A stretch of 64,000 nucleotides of DNA. Source: Camelus dromedarius. Taxonomy: Eukaryota. Where the stretch lies: assembly GCF_036321535.1 (NCBI RefSeq), contig NC_087447.1, positions 47,432,001 to 47,496,000 on the forward strand, in the 5' to 3' direction. The position numbers were made by a program, and so were the translations under genes. Of this stretch, positions 1 to 13,101 are shown piece by piece (position 1 is the first letter of the stretch; every line of letters starts with the position of its first letter). Below the pieces are notes generated by a model, which made no database searches, was not told where the DNA came from, and saw only the letters and a program-made list of their open reading frames with translations.

Positions 1-1424
1 CACCACAGCCTCCAGAATGGCTTCTTCACCATCTCAGGAAGTTGCCTTTGGGGATGCAGAATGGAGGGCTGAGGCATTGTGGGCCTGCCTCAGGCTCCAG
101 GATCAGTCAGAGCTGCCCCCTGGGGTAAGGGGTGATCTCAGGTCGGGGCAGTGAGCTCCCCATTCCTGCTGGGCAGGGGGATGAAGGGGTGGAACAGATG
201 GCAAGTTCAGGGAGAGGAGAGGCAGCCCCTCAGCTCAGAATCCTACCTTTCTGCCTATACTGCCCCATGGATTGGCAGGGAGGGTAGTGCTTAACTGGCC
301 CAGGGAAGATGGGCAGATTTAGGGTGGGCAGAGAGCAGGAAGAGGGAATTCAGCTCAGGATGGGGCTGGGCCAGACACTTGGAAGTGCCTTCTGCCTGAG
401 GTTGAGGTCATCTCCAGGGATATGAATCAGGTAGCACAAGATGCTAGAGTCAGTAGAGTCCTCCCTCGCTGTACAGATGGGGAAACAGGTGAGAGAAGGC
501 AGAAACACACCCAGGTCACACAGTGAGTAGAGGGCAGGGCTTGGCCTAGGACCAAGGACTCCTGGTCACTGCCCCACTGGACTACCTCCTCCTCTTTGTA
601 ATCTTCCACCTCCCCTCTTCCTCCTCACATCCTCCAGCTGAACAGAGGGCTGGGAAGGAAGTCTGTGGCTACAGCCTACAACCCTGGGAAGGGATGCCAG
701 GCTGAACGTGTAATTTCAGCAGGGATAGGTCAGAACAGAAGTAACCCTGTGGCTTCATACTCTGGGAAAGGTTTTACTCTCCGTAGGGCCCTGGCCCAGA
801 TCCCTCACCTCCACTACCCTCCAATCCAATACATCAGGATCCTCCTTGCCAGGAGGCCCTGAGCCACCCACTCAGCCCTAATCTACCTCTTCCCCCTCAA
901 CTCCCTGTACCTGAGGGAGGGGGGCCAGGAGGGGGTGTGACTCAGTGGGATAAAGGCAGCTGCTATATTTGAATGATTACATAAACCAGGAGGGAAGCAG
1001 CTACAACGTGACTCAATCAAGGTCGGGAGGAGAGAAGTTGAATCTGGGCCCAGGAGGCAGGGTCTCCTTCCATCCTGAGGCTCCAGCCTGCATTTAGACA
1101 TGACCCTAACAGGACCTGGGGATTGCGAGCTAGTTTCTGCATCACAGGACTACAGGGGAGATTTTCGCTAGGGCTAACCATGCTAGGAGGGCTCTGTTCC
1201 CTCTCCATTGCCTTAGAAAAATGGCTTCTAGAAACCCTAAGGCCAGACCTAGACTAAGCCCCAGATCTTCCCCATGAACTCTCTCCAGAAGGAAAGACAC
1301 AACTGAAAACACAGTTTGTCACTGATTTAGAAAAGAACGCCTGCTGGGGAGGGCACTGGCTGTGAAGCCTTGGCTCACCTGCACCAGCTTGGGAGGACCT
1401 GTGTTCCTGTCCCAGCTTCACCAC

Positions 1425-1590
1425 TTACTAGTCTCCTGACATTGGCAAGTCTATGCCTCAGTTTCTTCATCGATAAGAAGAGAACAAAAAGCATCTTTTT
1501 CATAGGGATTGTTACGATTAAATGAAATGACACATGCAAAGCCTTAGCCCAGTAGGTGGCAGATGCTTCATAATGGCTTATCAGCATAAA
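1425..1590. mobile_element. MIR SINE
   Basis: Core gcctcagtttcttcatc...gattaaatgaaatgacacatgcaaagcc. Confidence 0.65.
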
Positions 1591-4500
1591 CTGTTACTGC
1601 CAACACTAAGGACTGGCTAGAGTCCTCCCAGGTGGCTGGATTCCAGGTAGGACTGATCCCTCCCCCTCAGTGATCGCTAACCTGGGTGGAAGGTGGGAGA
1701 CCAGAAAAAAGAATGGAGGTCTGCGAGTTAGGAGTTTGAACAGACGTGCTGTGTGCCCCTGGGCAAACCCCTGCCCTCTCTGGCCCTCAGTCTATAAATG
1801 AGCCCTCCGGGTCCCCAGCTCTCAAGTTCATGTTTGAGAAAAGATTTTCCCTGCACTGGGATTAGTGACTTGTGGCACTGGAAGCTGTGGCACAAATAAG
1901 GCTGCTCAGGATTGGGGTAGTGGTGGTACAAGCTGGAGGCGGGTGTGGCAGCAAGCACTGGGCACCAACCAGCACAAGGCCCACCTCCTCTGGGCCTCTT
2001 GGCAGCTCCTCCTAGGGGGCACTGCCGCCTCCCCCAGGAAGACTGCCCACCTGGGCTGTGTTGCTATGACGCTGGTCTCCACGGTGCGAGGCACAGAGCC
2101 CTCCCCTCATCCAGGAGGAGGGAATGGAAATGACAGGAACTGAGGCTCAGGCCACACCTCTGGCCTGTGAGGTTCCTATCCTAACCCCTCAGGAGGGAGG
2201 GCAGGGAGGAAGGGCAGTTTCCACCTCAGACGGTCAAAAAGAGTGGCACAGAGAGGACTCAGAGTGACTGAGGTGGAGAGAGATACAGGAGTGCAGAGAA
2301 GTGGCAGAGAGGGGAAGGGTGGGGGGGAGATGCCAGAGGGGGAAGGGCGGGGTGGGGGGTGAGGAATGCACTGTAGTCATGGAGGGGGAAGTGCCTTTCA
2401 GGCTGACAAGGGGTGGGAGGCACCATCCAGCCCATCTCTTTGGTTTCAGTGTTTTGAGGTGGGTGGTGGTGGGAGGACAGAGTGGAGGAGGAGCAGGAGG
2501 GAGGGGGGCAATTTTCCTAGAGAGCTGTGTGCGGGGGTGTTCATACATGTGCCGTGTGTGTGTGTGTAAGTTCAGGCTGAGGTGTGCAGGCACGTGTGTA
2601 CAGGGATGAGTGTGCATGTGGCACGTGTGCGCCTGTGCCACTGTGTCTCCAGGGTGATAAATACAGCAGTAGGAGCTGTAACCAGGGCAGAGAAAGTGTG
2701 GAAATTTCCACAAGCTGAAAGTAGCATGGGAGAGGGGACATGCTAGGGCTGAACCAGCTTGGGCTGAACTCTGTCCTGATAGCTCTTCCCAGGGCCAGCT
2801 GGATACAAGTGACCAGGGCACACACACATACCCCAAGTGCACACAGTACAGTAGGATGGAAGAGCAATCCGGAAGAACTTCCTGAAGGAGGCACCACATT
2901 AGAAGAGAGGTTGGGAGGGTCATGCCAACTGTACTTATGCGTATGTAAGAGACAGACAGATATTCCTTAGGATCAAGATCTGGGCACTTAGGTTACAGAG
3001 CTGGCTAAGGGAATTAGCAACTATTCCTTTTTGTGATGGGGGAAGACCCCAAGGAGTCCATTTGACTAGGATGGGTCATATTTAAGAGGCAGGGGACAGA
3101 GGCAAAGACCCCAACACCAGAAGCACGGGGGTCAGGCCCCAGAGGGCTCGGGGTGCACTAAGCTCCAACCACAACAGGCTGCTCACTACAGGGCCACAGC
3201 ACCTTGTTTGTGCCATTCCCTCTCTTCAGGTGTCTCTGCCTCAACTCCACCTGCAGAAACACCGCTTGTCCTTCTAGGCTCACCTCCTCCAGGAAGTCTT
3301 CCTAATCAATCCCTCCACCAGAAGGGTTCCTCCCTTCCCACACTGCTCACAGATCTGCTCTGGCTCAGTGTTCAGCAAAGCCCCGCACACAGTAGGTGTT
3401 CATGAAATGCTTGCTGAATAAAAATATACTGGGCCTGAAAAGGACTCTGGTTACCATGACATCTCCCCAGATATATTTGGGGAGGAGGGACAGTGCTAGG
3501 TACTTCACACTTATTAGCTCATTTAATCCTCTCATTTGTAGGTACTATTAATATCTCTGAAATACCGAAGAGAACACAGAGGATTAGAGACCTCAAGAAC
3601 TCAGTCAGAGCTACAGTTTGTAGACGGGAGTGTCGGCATCTGACCAGTTAGCATCCATTCCCGTACTTTTCCAAAACAACCAGCTGTGGGCAGGGGGCTT
3701 GGGAGCCACGAGAGCATGGGGCCAGAAGAGAAGGTCTCAGCTCCAGACCAGCCCTCCAATCCCCGGGCTCAGGGGGAAGTGGGGAGGAGGCAGGGCCCAT
3801 CTTCCCCTCCCCTGTCGCACTGATTTTCTCTGGAGCCCAGGGGTCTCCTGAGGCCCAGAGGCCCTCAATGGCTGGGTGGCTGGTAAATGCTTTGCAGGGT
3901 GAGCAAGGTGAGCAAGAAGGAGGGGGAAGAGAGACAGACATTCCACCCCACCTCTCAACTCCCACTCCCATCCCTTACCCCCCGCCCCCCTTCCCTCCCT
4001 CTCTGCTCAGCCTCCTTTCTATCCACAATGCCTTCCCCCTTGGGCTCTGACTTCCCACAGCCTTCTCTCCCAAGGCTCCCTGTGGTCCCCATGCCATTAA
4101 GCCCAGACTTGGGTTGACCCTTGAAGCCCTGTCCTCCCTCCAAATTCCAACCTGCCCTCACCTCAGCCTGCACCCATCTGCAACTGGCAAGGCTTCCAGT
4201 CTTCAAGACCAACTCAGGGGAACCTCCTCCTTCAAGAAGTCCCCTCCCTCTTCAAGAACTGCTCTCTACCACTCATCAGGTCTGGCTCCAGGCTCCTCCC
4301 ATATCCCCCAACCCAACCTCAAATAGTATGTGAACAAGCCACCCAGGGTCCCAAGAGGCCCCATTTCTAGTGATAAACACCAGCAGAGCCTCCTGCCCTA
4401 TTCCACCCAACACTGTTATCACTGCCATAATTCTAAGGTCGAGGCACTGAAGGCTCCTGTCGGGATGTCATCCCTGATCCCAATGAAAAGCACTTTAAGC

Positions 4501-4974
4501 TATCATTAACTCCTGACAGTTCAGATCCCCTTCCCCAGGGGACAAATGGGGCCACTTATAAGAGGAGACGGCAGAGTTGGAGTCAGGAAGGGAGTGGTGG
4601 AAGGAGAAAGTGGGGCAGTGGAAATGAATCTCAACCCTGATTCAGGACAGCTATGTGACCTTGGGCAAATCACTTCCCTTCTCTGGGCCCAACTCTCTTC
4701 CTCTCCCAGGAGGAGACAGCACATAGAGTACACAGGCACTCATACACAATGGGTGCTGAGTTAAAGGTCTTCCCTCTGTCTTCTGGGCTTCTAGAGCCCC
4801 GGGAATCCAAAGCTCATCCTGCACTCTGCTGCCTTCCAGAATATAAGTAGCCTTGGGGTCAAAGGCAGGGCCAGGTTCTACCCTACACTTCAACAGAGTA
4901 AGGCCTGGGCCAGGATGGCCACAATGGGGCCCTCCAGCACCTGTTCTGGGATCAGCAATGTTGAGTTGTCTGTG

Positions 4975-4992
4975 GCTGCCCCCTGGTGGCCA
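4975..4992 (-). promoter_or_regulatory. CTCF motif downstream of ARAP1 3' end
   Basis: Minus strand TGGCCACCAGGGGGCAGC, near consensus, with upstream TGCAGTG module. Confidence 0.7.
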
Positions 4993-6109
4993 AATGCAGT
5001 CACTGCATTCAGTCCCTGAGCTGAGGCAAGTGACATTTGGCAGCTTAATCAGGGAGCGCCTTCAGTCTCACCCACCCTCTCTCTGGGCCTCAGGGCTAGC
5101 TGGTTAGTCCAAGGTCAGATCCAGGGAAGAAATCCAGCCCCTGAGCACTTGGACAATGGTCTTGTCCTGGCTGCAGGTGGAACAGTCAACCTGGCCTGGA
5201 GTAGCCCACCTAGGGCGGGACAACAGTGGGAGACTCAAACGACTTAAGTCCTAGCCTGTGAAACCAGCCAGAGAACTCGTTCCAGTCTAGCATCTACCTC
5301 CCCTTCCTCAGAGACAGGAACAAGGAATCTGGAGTCCAGACCCTCAAGACCCCATCTGCATCCAGGCCTTCCCACTGAGCTGAATCACAAAGTCAGAAGT
5401 CATGTGACCTACCCCTCACCCCTTTTTGCCCAGCTACACTGGCTGAGGCTGAGGCTGGGAGGTCAGCCTATCTGTCCGCTGGGCCCCTGGAGAGAGGCTG
5501 GTAATGAGGCTCTAGGCAGAGGCGGGAACGTTGTGTCTGGCACCTTCCCAGGGAGTCCCAAATCCATCTCTGAACAGCTCATTATCCCCCCCACTCGCCA
5601 GGGCCTTGTCTTCTTGGAGCAAATGGCCAGGCAGTACACAGAGGGGGCAGTCCAAGGCCCACTTCTGGAGGGGTGTGCACAGGAGCCAAGGGTAACCTGA
5701 GGCCCTTCTTCCTAATTTAATTTAGTAAAGCTCCTGTAACTCTGTGATCTTGTGTCCTCAGAGGGGCTGATGACAGGCTACCCTGAGTCACTCACAGGCC
5801 ACATACCCAGGCCCCGGTTCAGAATCAGACTGTAGCAGGGAGAGGGGCTCGGTCCAGCTGGGGTCCATCCTGGCCAGAGTTAGGACCAAACCCCAGCGTG
5901 GCTGCACAGTAATACAATGTGGATGGTGTGGAGCCAGGCCCGGGCTCTGCCTGTAGTGAGGGAGGGTGTCTGAACAGCTCAGGGCCTGGAGAGAGCAGGG
6001 CCAGGTCCCCAGCTTCAGGACACTAAGCACTCACCTCTGGGCCTCCTGACCTGCTGTCCCCACTTACCCTGGGACACCTGAAACCCCCAACCAATCACAG
6101 ACTTCAGCA

Positions 6110-6688
6110 CCAGAGGATAAAATATACAGATGTATTTATATTATCAAAAGGTCCCCAAAGTGGGGAAGGGGCACCAGGCAGCCTGGACCCTCCCAGTAAG
6201 CCCAGACAATAAGGTGGGATGAAGTCCCCCAAGTCCAGTTCTCAGTCCTGTAGAAACTTGCCCAAGAGCTCCCTCCCCCTACCAGCTAAGTGTTCCTTTA
6301 GCGCATCCACTTTTTGCTGCTCTGGAGTTTATGGCAAGGGGGTTGGCTCCCTTCCAGCGGGGGCCCCGGGGCCTTGAGCCTCTGAAAGGATGGCAATCCT
6401 GCAGAGTTCTGGCCTGATGCCCATCTCTCCAACCCCTCACACTCCGGGTGGGTGATCCTGTTGGGGAGCAGGCCAGGAGGACTGAGCACCTGGATGGAAC
6501 AGGCAAGGGATTCCTCCTCTGACAGACCCTGCTGCCTGCCCGCCATGTCTCAGCCAGGGAACCCCGTGCTGCAGTCAGGATGTGGGGTGTGCGGCTTCCT
6601 CATGTGCCCCCTCTGGCTCACACCAGGCACGCAGGGCATGAGGGTGTCTGCAGGGAAAGGCTTCGTGGCGGCAGAGTCCCACCTGCAC
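6110..6688 (-). other. ARAP1: ARAP1 3' UTR (3' end approximate)
   Basis: Follows stop; ends at the only AT-rich patch (minus: GATAATATAAATACATCTGTATATTTT). Confidence 0.7.
6131..6143 (-). terminator. Variant poly(A) signal cluster (AATATA/TATAAA/AATACA)
   Basis: Overlapping non-canonical hexamers on minus strand; no AATAAA seen nearby. Confidence 0.55.
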
Positions 6689-6706
6689 TCAGACGTTTCG
6701 GAGGAG
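6689..6706 (-). CDS. ARAP1: ARAP1 last coding exon, coding part (LLRNV*)
   Basis: cccacag|CTCCTCCGAAACGTCTGA. Confidence 0.92.
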   Translation of the reverse strand, partial: LLRNV

Positions 6707-6934
6707 CTGTGGGAAGGCACATAAGCCAAGAGTCCATAAGCACTTTGTGAAGGCTCACAAGGGCCAGGCAGAGTGGGGGTTCCCGTGAACTAGGTGAACC
6801 AAAGGGAGGCAGGCCTCCCACCAAGGATGGAAGACGGGACAGAGGGCACTCAGGAGAAGCAGAGGTGAGTCAGGTGGAAGGGGGGCTCCAGTCAGGTCCC
6901 CAGCCCCTGCCCACAGGGATGGCGAGCCACTCAC

Positions 6935-7084
6935 AGAAACAGGGTCCGCAGAAAAGGCAGCCACACTCCGGCGCATCTCATTCTCACTGCCGCGCAGGGG
7001 AATCAGCGATATGCTGCCCAGCCGGACCTCAGGCGCCGCCCGGGACACGCGTGAGGGCTCCGAGGGCCACACGAGGCCGTTGTG
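6935..7084 (-). CDS. ARAP1: ARAP1 coding exon 32
   Basis: HNGLVWPSEPSRVSRAAPEVRLGSISLIPLRGSENEMRRSVAAFSADPVS. Confidence 0.95.
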
Positions 7085-8322
7085 CTGGGGAGCAGGGGAG
7101 AGGAGGGGCGCTAGGGCCTGGGCTCGGCTTCTGCTGGCCCAGGCACTCAGCTCCGGATCCACCCACCCTTCCCAAAAAATGCCTCCAGCAATGATCTGAG
7201 GTGACACCCTCAGCTTTGATCCCAGCTGATATGAGAAGCAGCTGTTAAGAAGAACATGACTGTATCCCTGGCAAAACCCAGCCAATTATGTTACTCAACA
7301 ACTCTCATTTCCAGGTTCACAAACAAGCTGCTCTAAGAATGCAGCGGCCAGAAAACAGTTCTGGAGGAACATATATGCCTCCTTTCACCAGGAACCAGGG
7401 AAACTACAGAATCCACTGTTTCCCTTTAGACCTTAACTACCAGGAAGCTCAGGGCTAAAAGAACTCAGCCCAGGACCCTGGTACAGTGTTGTCTCCCTTC
7501 TCCCTAAACAATTCTGAGCTCTCATTTAAAAACTTCTGTTTTAAGTCCAACCCACCTGGCTGGCCCCGCTCTGGCTCCAAGTCCTCCCCTGTCTGTTCCC
7601 ACCTGGCCCACTGTAGCAGTCACCTCACTGGCCTCCTCACCTCCAGGCTCAGCCCTTCAGCCCACCCTTCCCTGCACACCGTAGCCAGAACAAACCCTCT
7701 GAGACTCAACCCTGCACACCAGTCTTGCTTATAACTCTCCCTTTAAACTGCCAGTTAGGTCAAGTTCAGCTTCCCTGGCATGGTCTTCCAGACTTTTTGT
7801 TCCAACTCCCTTTCTACTGCCAACTTCTAGCATGCCTGGCTTCTCCCTTTACACCTTCTCAGACAATCCTGCCACACCTGTGCACAAACTGTTGCCTCCG
7901 CCTAGAAGCCATCTCGCCCCCACCTTTCTTTGCGAGTGCTCCCTCATCCCCAAAGATGCAGCTTCCAAGACACCCTCTCCCTGCTGCCTTCCCCACCCCA
8001 CCCACCACTTCCATAAAGTAGGATCTCTGACTTCCCTCTGCACAGCACTGGGCTCTAACAGGCCACCTCTGGGTCTGTTTTCCTTTCCACGTGGGCAGTG
8101 AGTACCCAAGGGCAGGGTTCTGCACCTTCTGTCTCTAGCATGACTGGCTCACAGCTGGACCAGAGCAAGTACCAGGAAGGGTTTACGAGTGAATGAACAA
8201 ACAAATGATTTAAAAGCAATTCAAAATCTTGACGCAATTGGTGGCCTGAGTAGTGAAGAAGCAAACTCTCCATAAAAGAAGCCTCCTGGGACCCCCCTGC
8301 CACAATACCCCAAGTCTGGTAC

Positions 8323-8386
8323 CTGCACAAAGAGGAAGGTGGCGAACCACTCCCGGAGCTCCATTTGCGTCTCACAGCACAGGTAC
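8323..8386 (-). CDS. ARAP1: ARAP1 coding exon 31 (PH5)
   Basis: YLCCETQMELREWFATFLFVQ. Confidence 0.94.
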
Positions 8387-8556
8387 CTGAAGGGTGGGGC
8401 ACAGGTCTGGACACCACCAAAGCCCCGCTAAGCAGGGACACCCTGCCAGCCCCCACAACCAGGGTCTCAGGGGGCAGGGCACAGATCTGGACAGTGAGGG
8501 GATCCAATCAAGGGGGATGTGCTACCATCTCTCCTTGGCCTGGGGCCCTTGCTCAC

Positions 8557-8607
8557 CACTGCTGCTTCTCATGTTTCTCTGTCTCGTGCACCACTGTGAA
8601 GCCCCAG
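8557..8607 (-). CDS. ARAP1: ARAP1 coding exon 30 (PH5)
   Basis: (C)WGFTVVHETEKHEKQQ(W); ctgcag| and tg|gtgagc. Confidence 0.94.
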
Positions 8608-9063
8608 CTGCAGAGAAGGGGCAGGTGGGGTTACTTGACAGTCTGCAGAGGCCTCACAGCCCACGTGCCCAGGATAGAGCTTAGAAGCCTGGGCCAGAGC
8701 CTGGGGCAGAGTTCAGGGCCTTCTGTTGGCACAGCACATCCCGGCTGCTGCCTCTTCCTCTCACAGCCCCTGCCAGCCTCCCAGGCCCTTGGCTCCCCCA
8801 TCCCTCAGCCCTATCCCACCCCAGGCCTGTCCTAGTTCCCCAGAGACAAGGAGGCACAGCCAGGGGGTGAGAAGAGAAAGTCAGAAACCCAAGTCCAGTG
8901 ACTGCAATTGAAACAGTGGCTACGCATCACTTTCCAACTTTTAGAACACACAACCATGCTTTGAAACAGGTGTATCATTATTTTCCCCACTCTACAGGTG
9001 TGGGACACGAGGCATGGAAAGGGCCCAGAGTTAGTCAGTAACTAACTGGCCTTCAGTCCAGGC

Positions 9064-9249
9064 CAGTGGTTCTCAAACATGAGCAAGCATCAGAGTTCCT
9101 TAGATGGCTTGTGAAGGCAGACTCTGGTCCCACCCCCAGAATCCAGGATTTAGCCAGTCTGGGGTGGTACCTGAGAAGCTGGGTTTCTAAAGTGTTTCCA
9201 GCTGATGCTAATGCTGCTGGCCTGGGCAGCCACACCTTCAGAACCACTG
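9064..9249. mobile_element. MER5A-like hAT-Charlie MITE
   Basis: TIRs CAGTGGTTCT...AGAACCACTG, 186 bp, internal match to recalled MER5A consensus. Confidence 0.8.
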
Positions 9250-9351
9250 AACCTACCCGTGTCAAGTTCACAGCCCTCAGCTGTGCCTCCCCCATCGGTT
9301 CTGAGCCCCGCAAAGCCCAGCCAAGGACCCATCTCTCTAGCCTCAGCTCAC

Positions 9352-9434
9352 CAGGTGGGCGGCCGGAGTTTCTTCTTCACTCCCAGGTAGACTTTGAGAC
9401 TTCTGATGGGCCACTCCTTCTCAGGCCGGTGACT
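9352..9434 (-). CDS. ARAP1: ARAP1 coding exon 29 (PH5)
   Basis: SHRPEKEWPIRSLKVYLGVKKKLRPPT. Confidence 0.95.
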
Positions 9435-12400
9435 CTGGGTTGGGGAGGACAAAGGGAGCGGGCACTTCAGTCAGTCAGGGTGGGTGCTGGGGCTGATCTT
9501 CCAACTGGGTGCCTCCCTGCCCCCTCTCCATCCCAGCCCAGGGGACCTCCTCCAGGAAGGCTTTGTAACAAAGCCCTCCCTGCTCACAATCCAGCCCGAC
9601 AGAGCCCCCAGGCCTCTCTCCCTAAAGCAGCATCAGACAGTCAACCCTCAGTCCCCGAGGCAGCCAGGCATCCAGAGCAGTGATTCCCAGTTCCTCCCTG
9701 CTGCCCTGCAAATTGAGAACTGACTCGCAGCATTGGCTGAACCAGATCGTCTGATGAGGAAGAAGTCTGCACATCGCACATCACCCTCTGGCACCAAACT
9801 GAATGAATGTGCGCGAGCTGGGAGCTGTGGCTGGCTGTCTGTCTCAGGTTATTTATTCCTCACCCCTCCCTGCCCTACAGAGGCTCCAGGATTGACTGTG
9901 TGAACAGAAGGCTTGTGAGGTGAGCAGTCACTGGCTCTTTGGTTCCACAAAAGGAAGGCTAATGACTCAAGCTGAAGCAGGATGGCTGTTTGGTAGACCA
10001 CAGGAAGAACTTCCCAATGGTCTAGGTCAGGTAGCTAAAGACCAATGTACTGGGGAGGGGCACCAGATCACTGACATGCTCACCTCTGGCCCCCACCTCT
10101 GCATTTGGGTCTGGGCTAGGAAGGAACAGGCTGGCTCCGAGGCAGGAGGATGGGAGCAAAGACCCCCAGGGAAGACGCTGGTTGGAGGTCAAACTAATGA
10201 TCCTTCCTCCTGCTCTGCGAGCCACCTGCTCAAAGCCCTGCCCACACCAGGCACCCCTGCTGCCAGCAGGGGTACCAGGGTGGATGGCAGGGGAAAGGGA
10301 CTCACTTACAACCAAAACTGGGGGTCAAAGTTTGAGCCACCTCTACCCTGTTTCCCACCATTGCTCCCACCACCCCCAGGCATGGCTTCTCAGCAGGAAC
10401 AAAAAGGGGACTAGGGGATGGCCGGGGAGGTGGAGAGTTTGGGGAATTGGTGAACCTCCTTGTGAAGTCACAAAAGGATGGGCTGCCTAGGGATCAGTGG
10501 AAATTTCAGTGCTGTTACCAGGGGTGTGGTGTAAGAGAGGCTTACTAAGAAACTTCACCTGCTTTCACCCCATCCTCCCTAATGACCAAGCCCCTGATGG
10601 GGGAGCCCCACGTCTCCTGCACAGAGCACCTGACCTGATAATGGCCACGTGCCCAAGGGGGCCAGGAACAAGCTGGGCTGCAGGCAGGGAGGAAACTGGG
10701 CAGTAGTAAGGGAAATTAGGCTGTGGACATGGGAGAAACAAGGTTGGGAAGAATACAATAAAGAAGAAACCTACATGTAAGCAGGGAAGACACAAGGCTG
10801 AGAACACTGAAGAAATCAGACTGCAGGTTGGAAGAAACCAGGCAGCAGGAATGGAAAGACTGAGACAGAGGTCATAAAAGAAATTAGGTAGCAGGCATGG
10901 AAAACATCCAGCTCTGGGCATGATAGAAGGAAGGAGGTGGGGTAAACTGGGCTGCAGGTACAGGAGGATCAGGCTGAGGGAATGAAAAGCAGGCTGCGGG
11001 TTTGGAAGACATCAGGCTGTGAGTGTGAGGGGAAGAGAACTAGAAGCAAGGAGTAACGTGAACCACACGTGGACACAGCCGGCCAGTGGGAGTGATAGGT
11101 ATGGTGGTTGCAGTCAGGGTGTGGAAAGGACTGCTGCAGCTCCTTGAAAATCTGAGAAGACAACCCTCAGGCCTCTGCTTCCTCAGGCAGGCACCAGTGT
11201 GCGTGGTGTATGCATGCGTGGCAGGTGTATGATGTGAGCATGGCCGAGATAGGAAGGCTAAAGGGGATTTGGGGGGGGAGGGGATTTGGGGGAGGTCAGT
11301 CAATGTAATCTTCATTTCTGATCAAACAGATCATGTCTGCAGCCATCTCTTAGTATTAGGTCACCGGCAGGGAATGAAGTTCACCCCTTGATACTCAAAG
11401 ACCTCTGCTGGAACCAAGATCTTTCTAGAATGTGCCTTTCCCAGGTGTCTCAGAGTCTTAACAATGGGGTACCCCTAGGAAGAGGCTTGGGTGTTCACAT
11501 ATCCTGAACTGGAACTGCCAGGGATTGTCCCAATTTCAAATCTTCTGTCCTGTTGCCCCATAAATCAGCAAGTGCCAGAATTACCAACACCTCAGTAACC
11601 AAAACACATGTTCCTGGGGCTGCGGTGAGACCAGGTGCCTGCAGCCACTGGGGCGAGCACCACTTAGCACTGCACTGATCAGGAGTCCTGGACTCCTCCT
11701 ACACTTCAGGGAATGAAGAGCTTGAGCTTTGAGGCTAACAAATTTGGGCTGGAATCCCAGTCTACCACCAAGAGATGGCCTTGGGCAAGTCACTTGAAGC
11801 CTGCTTTCTCCCCCATGAAAAGGGGACAATACTCCCTCCCCACAGGACAGCAGTGAGATTACACATCCCAGTATGTGAAAGGCTGGGCACCAAGCCTGGC
11901 TCAATAAACATTGCCCTGTTTCCTTTTTCTAGCTCTCCTGCCTTCTCTCCTCCATGTAAAGGGATCAGGTGCTTTTCCAGGTGCCTCAGCCATCCTCCCT
12001 CCTCTCTGCCCACACTGATGATCTTTTTCTACTCCAAGGCCCCCTAGAGGGAGGGGGCCAGGGACATAACATCCCAGAACCAACGGGGCTGACTGGAGGG
12101 GTGGACAGGCCCAGAAGTAAGGATGTGATCACAGAAGGAGGCAAAGGAGAGAAGAGGAGGCATTCCCCACAAGGGTCAGCAGGAGCCCAGGCTGCATTAA
12201 TAGAGGTATAATGTGCAGAGAGGGATGTGAGGATCCTACTCTGCTCTGCCTCCTCCATGCCAGCCAAACCTGTCCAGATGTCCTCAGGAGATGCAAGGGG
12301 CAGAAAGGGCTGCAGACACTGATGGGGGCGGCTGTGGGAGCTCAGGTTGGACCCCTGGGCTTGGAAACATGTTTCTGCTACCTGCCTCTGCACAGCGTCT

Positions 12401-13068
12401 ATACTCTGTGGCCCCCAAGACACATGGGACCCATAGGGGTATCATGGGAGGCAGATCTCAGCTGAACCTGAGCAAGAGCTTTCTCCCAGGCAAAAGTGTC
12501 ATTTTAGGGATAGGGCAGCCCCAAGGGAGGAAAGGATGAGCTCCCCTCTCCCAGGGCTGTGCAAGCAAAGGCTGGCAACCAGCTAGGGAGGCTGAGAAGG
12601 AACTCCTACCACAGGTAGGGGATATGCCACAAGTCTCTGTCATCCTGCTCCTGCATTTCAGGATAAGGGCAGTAGCAAGGACCACTCTAATAGCCCTGGA
12701 ATTCTCTCCAGGATTGGAAAGGGGGTGGCTCCGGGGTGACAGGAGATGAAGATCAGAGCTCTAATCCAAACCTAAGGGCCTCCGTTAGCTGGCTCCACAG
12801 CTTCCATACTGAGTCCTTTGGAAAATTCTAGAGCATAGCACTGATGGGCGAATCTTACCTTGGAGGAAGGACTCTGGGGCAGGGTTGGGGATGAACAGCA
12901 GGAGCCTAGGCTACGAGCCCCAGAGTGGAGGCCAGTGCTAATGGCAAGAAGGCAGGAAACCATGCCTGGAGACAGCCAGGAGCTCTGGCTGTGTTCCCGT
13001 GCTCCCACCAGGCTCGCCTGGCCCCCAGGTGGTGTAAGGCAGCTGGCATTTGGCCCACAGCTACTCAC

Positions 13069-13101
13069 GGTCTCAGGGGCCCCGCTCCATGGCCTCTGGC
13101 T
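13069..13101 (-). CDS. ARAP1: ARAP1 coding exon 28, 33-nt frame-preserving micro-exon in PH5
   Basis: caaacag|AGCCAGAGG...GAGACC|gtgagt encodes SQRPWSGAPET; phase 0-0. Confidence 0.9.

Noticed and set aside
2064..2092. REST/RE1 element (minus: cctcgcaccgtggagaccagcgtc)
   Set aside because: Left half-site mismatched and spacing non-canonical; too weak to call
1..6000. PDE2A exons or miR-139 expected by synteny
   Set aside because: No recognisable PDE2A coding sequence or miR-139 hairpin seen; probably beyond the left edge
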